Positions 6,253 through 6,932 of a stretch of DNA of 6,932 nucleotides are shown one piece after another (within the stretch, counting starts at the first letter, position 1; each line of letters starts with the position of its first letter). The stretch comes from Candidatus Odinarchaeota archaeon (GTDB taxonomy: Archaea > Asgardarchaeota > Odinarchaeia > Odinarchaeales > Odinarchaeaceae), in assembly GCA_038826135.1 (NCBI GenBank), contig JAWBON010000060.1, forward strand, positions 1 to 6,932. The letters are read 5' to 3'. A model generated the notes under the pieces. It saw only the letters and a list, made by a program, of their open reading frames with translations. It was not told the DNA's origin and made no database searches. Both the position numbers and the translations under genes were made by a program.

Positions 6253-6932
6253 ATGAAAGTGGAAAAAATGCAATATGAAGAGATCCTTAGGAGACTGAAA
6301 TTATTATCCAATCCTAAGGCAGTAGAAGGCATGGCAAGGTTCGGTATTAACCCGGAGAATACTTACGGAGTCTCCATCCCTAACCTGAGAAAAATAGCAA
6401 AAGAAATTGGAAAGAACCATTCTCTCGCTCAACAGCTTTGGTCATCAGGTATTCATGAAGCACGTATACTTGCAAGTATGATAGATGAACCGGATCAAGT
6501 GACAGAAAAACAGATGGAACTGTGGATAAACGATTTTAACTCATGGGATGTCTGCGACCAGTGTTGCATGAATCTGTTCAGTAAAACATCAATAGCATGG
6601 GAGAAGGCAGTGGAATGGGCGAAGCGTGAAAAAGAATTCGAAAAACGCGCTGGTTTCGCCCTAATGGCGTGTCTAGCATGGTACGATAAAAAATCACCAG
6701 ACACTAATTTTTCAGCATTTCTACCTGTGATAAAACAGGAATCCGGTGACAATAGAAATTACGTTAAAAAAGCAGTCAACTGGGCGTTAAGAAACATCGG
6801 AAAATGAAACCTTAACCTGAACAGGAAAGCTGTTGAAACTGCAAAAGAAATTCAAAAAATAGATTCGAAAAGCGCTAAATGGATTGCCTCCGATGCGATC
6901 CGAGAGTTAACAAGCGAGGAAGTTCAGAAGAG
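6253..6932 (+). pseudogene. DNA alkylation repair protein (AlkD-like HEAT-repeat family) with an internal in-frame TGA at 6805-6807; runs off the right edge
   Basis: Motifs GMARFGI, YGVSIPNLRKIAK, LWSSGIHEARILA, DFNSWDVCD, EKRAGF and RNYVKKAVNWALRNIGK. After TGA the same frame stays open for 41 codons to the window end (NLNLNRKAVETAKEIQKIDSKSAKWIASDAIRELTSEEVQK), which looks like the normal C-terminus of this family. Likely start ATG 6268 or 6253. Confidence 0.75.

Noticed and set aside
6150-6332. 60-aa minus-strand ORF
   Set aside because: Overlaps the tRNA-Gln gene and the alkD-like start on the opposite strand.
6495-6752. 85-aa minus-strand ORF
   Set aside because: Antisense shadow within the alkD-like gene.
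1-6932. CRISPR array, IS element or rRNA
   Set aside because: No spaced direct repeats, terminal inverted repeats, transposase ORF or rRNA-like sequence were seen.

Overview
Archaeal chromosomal window. An Asgard-type host is inferred from a ribophorin I-like gene, a split SepCysS system and a multi-intron tRNA. Minus strand: gcvPA-gcvPB (glycine cleavage P protein alpha and beta; gcvPB runs off the left edge). Plus strand: a ribophorin I (OST subunit 1)-like membrane glycoprotein. Minus strand: a short SepCysE/SepCysSN-like ORF followed by pscS (Sep-tRNA:Cys-tRNA synthase). Plus strand: tRNA-Gln(UUG) with two 21-nt bulge-helix-bulge (BHB) introns, then an AlkD-like gene interrupted by an in-frame TGA. 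Key observation: the apparently split gcvPA carries a 30-nt, GC-rich insertion (2456-2485) with an in-frame UAG at its 5' junction. The insertion folds into a BHB (CCCC/GGGG central helix, two AUA bulges). Cleavage at the canonical BHB positions restores the conserved GcvP motif YTPYQ exactly. This is a candidate tRNA-type (endonuclease-spliced) intron in a metabolic mRNA. All structures were derived by eye; no folding program or database search was run.
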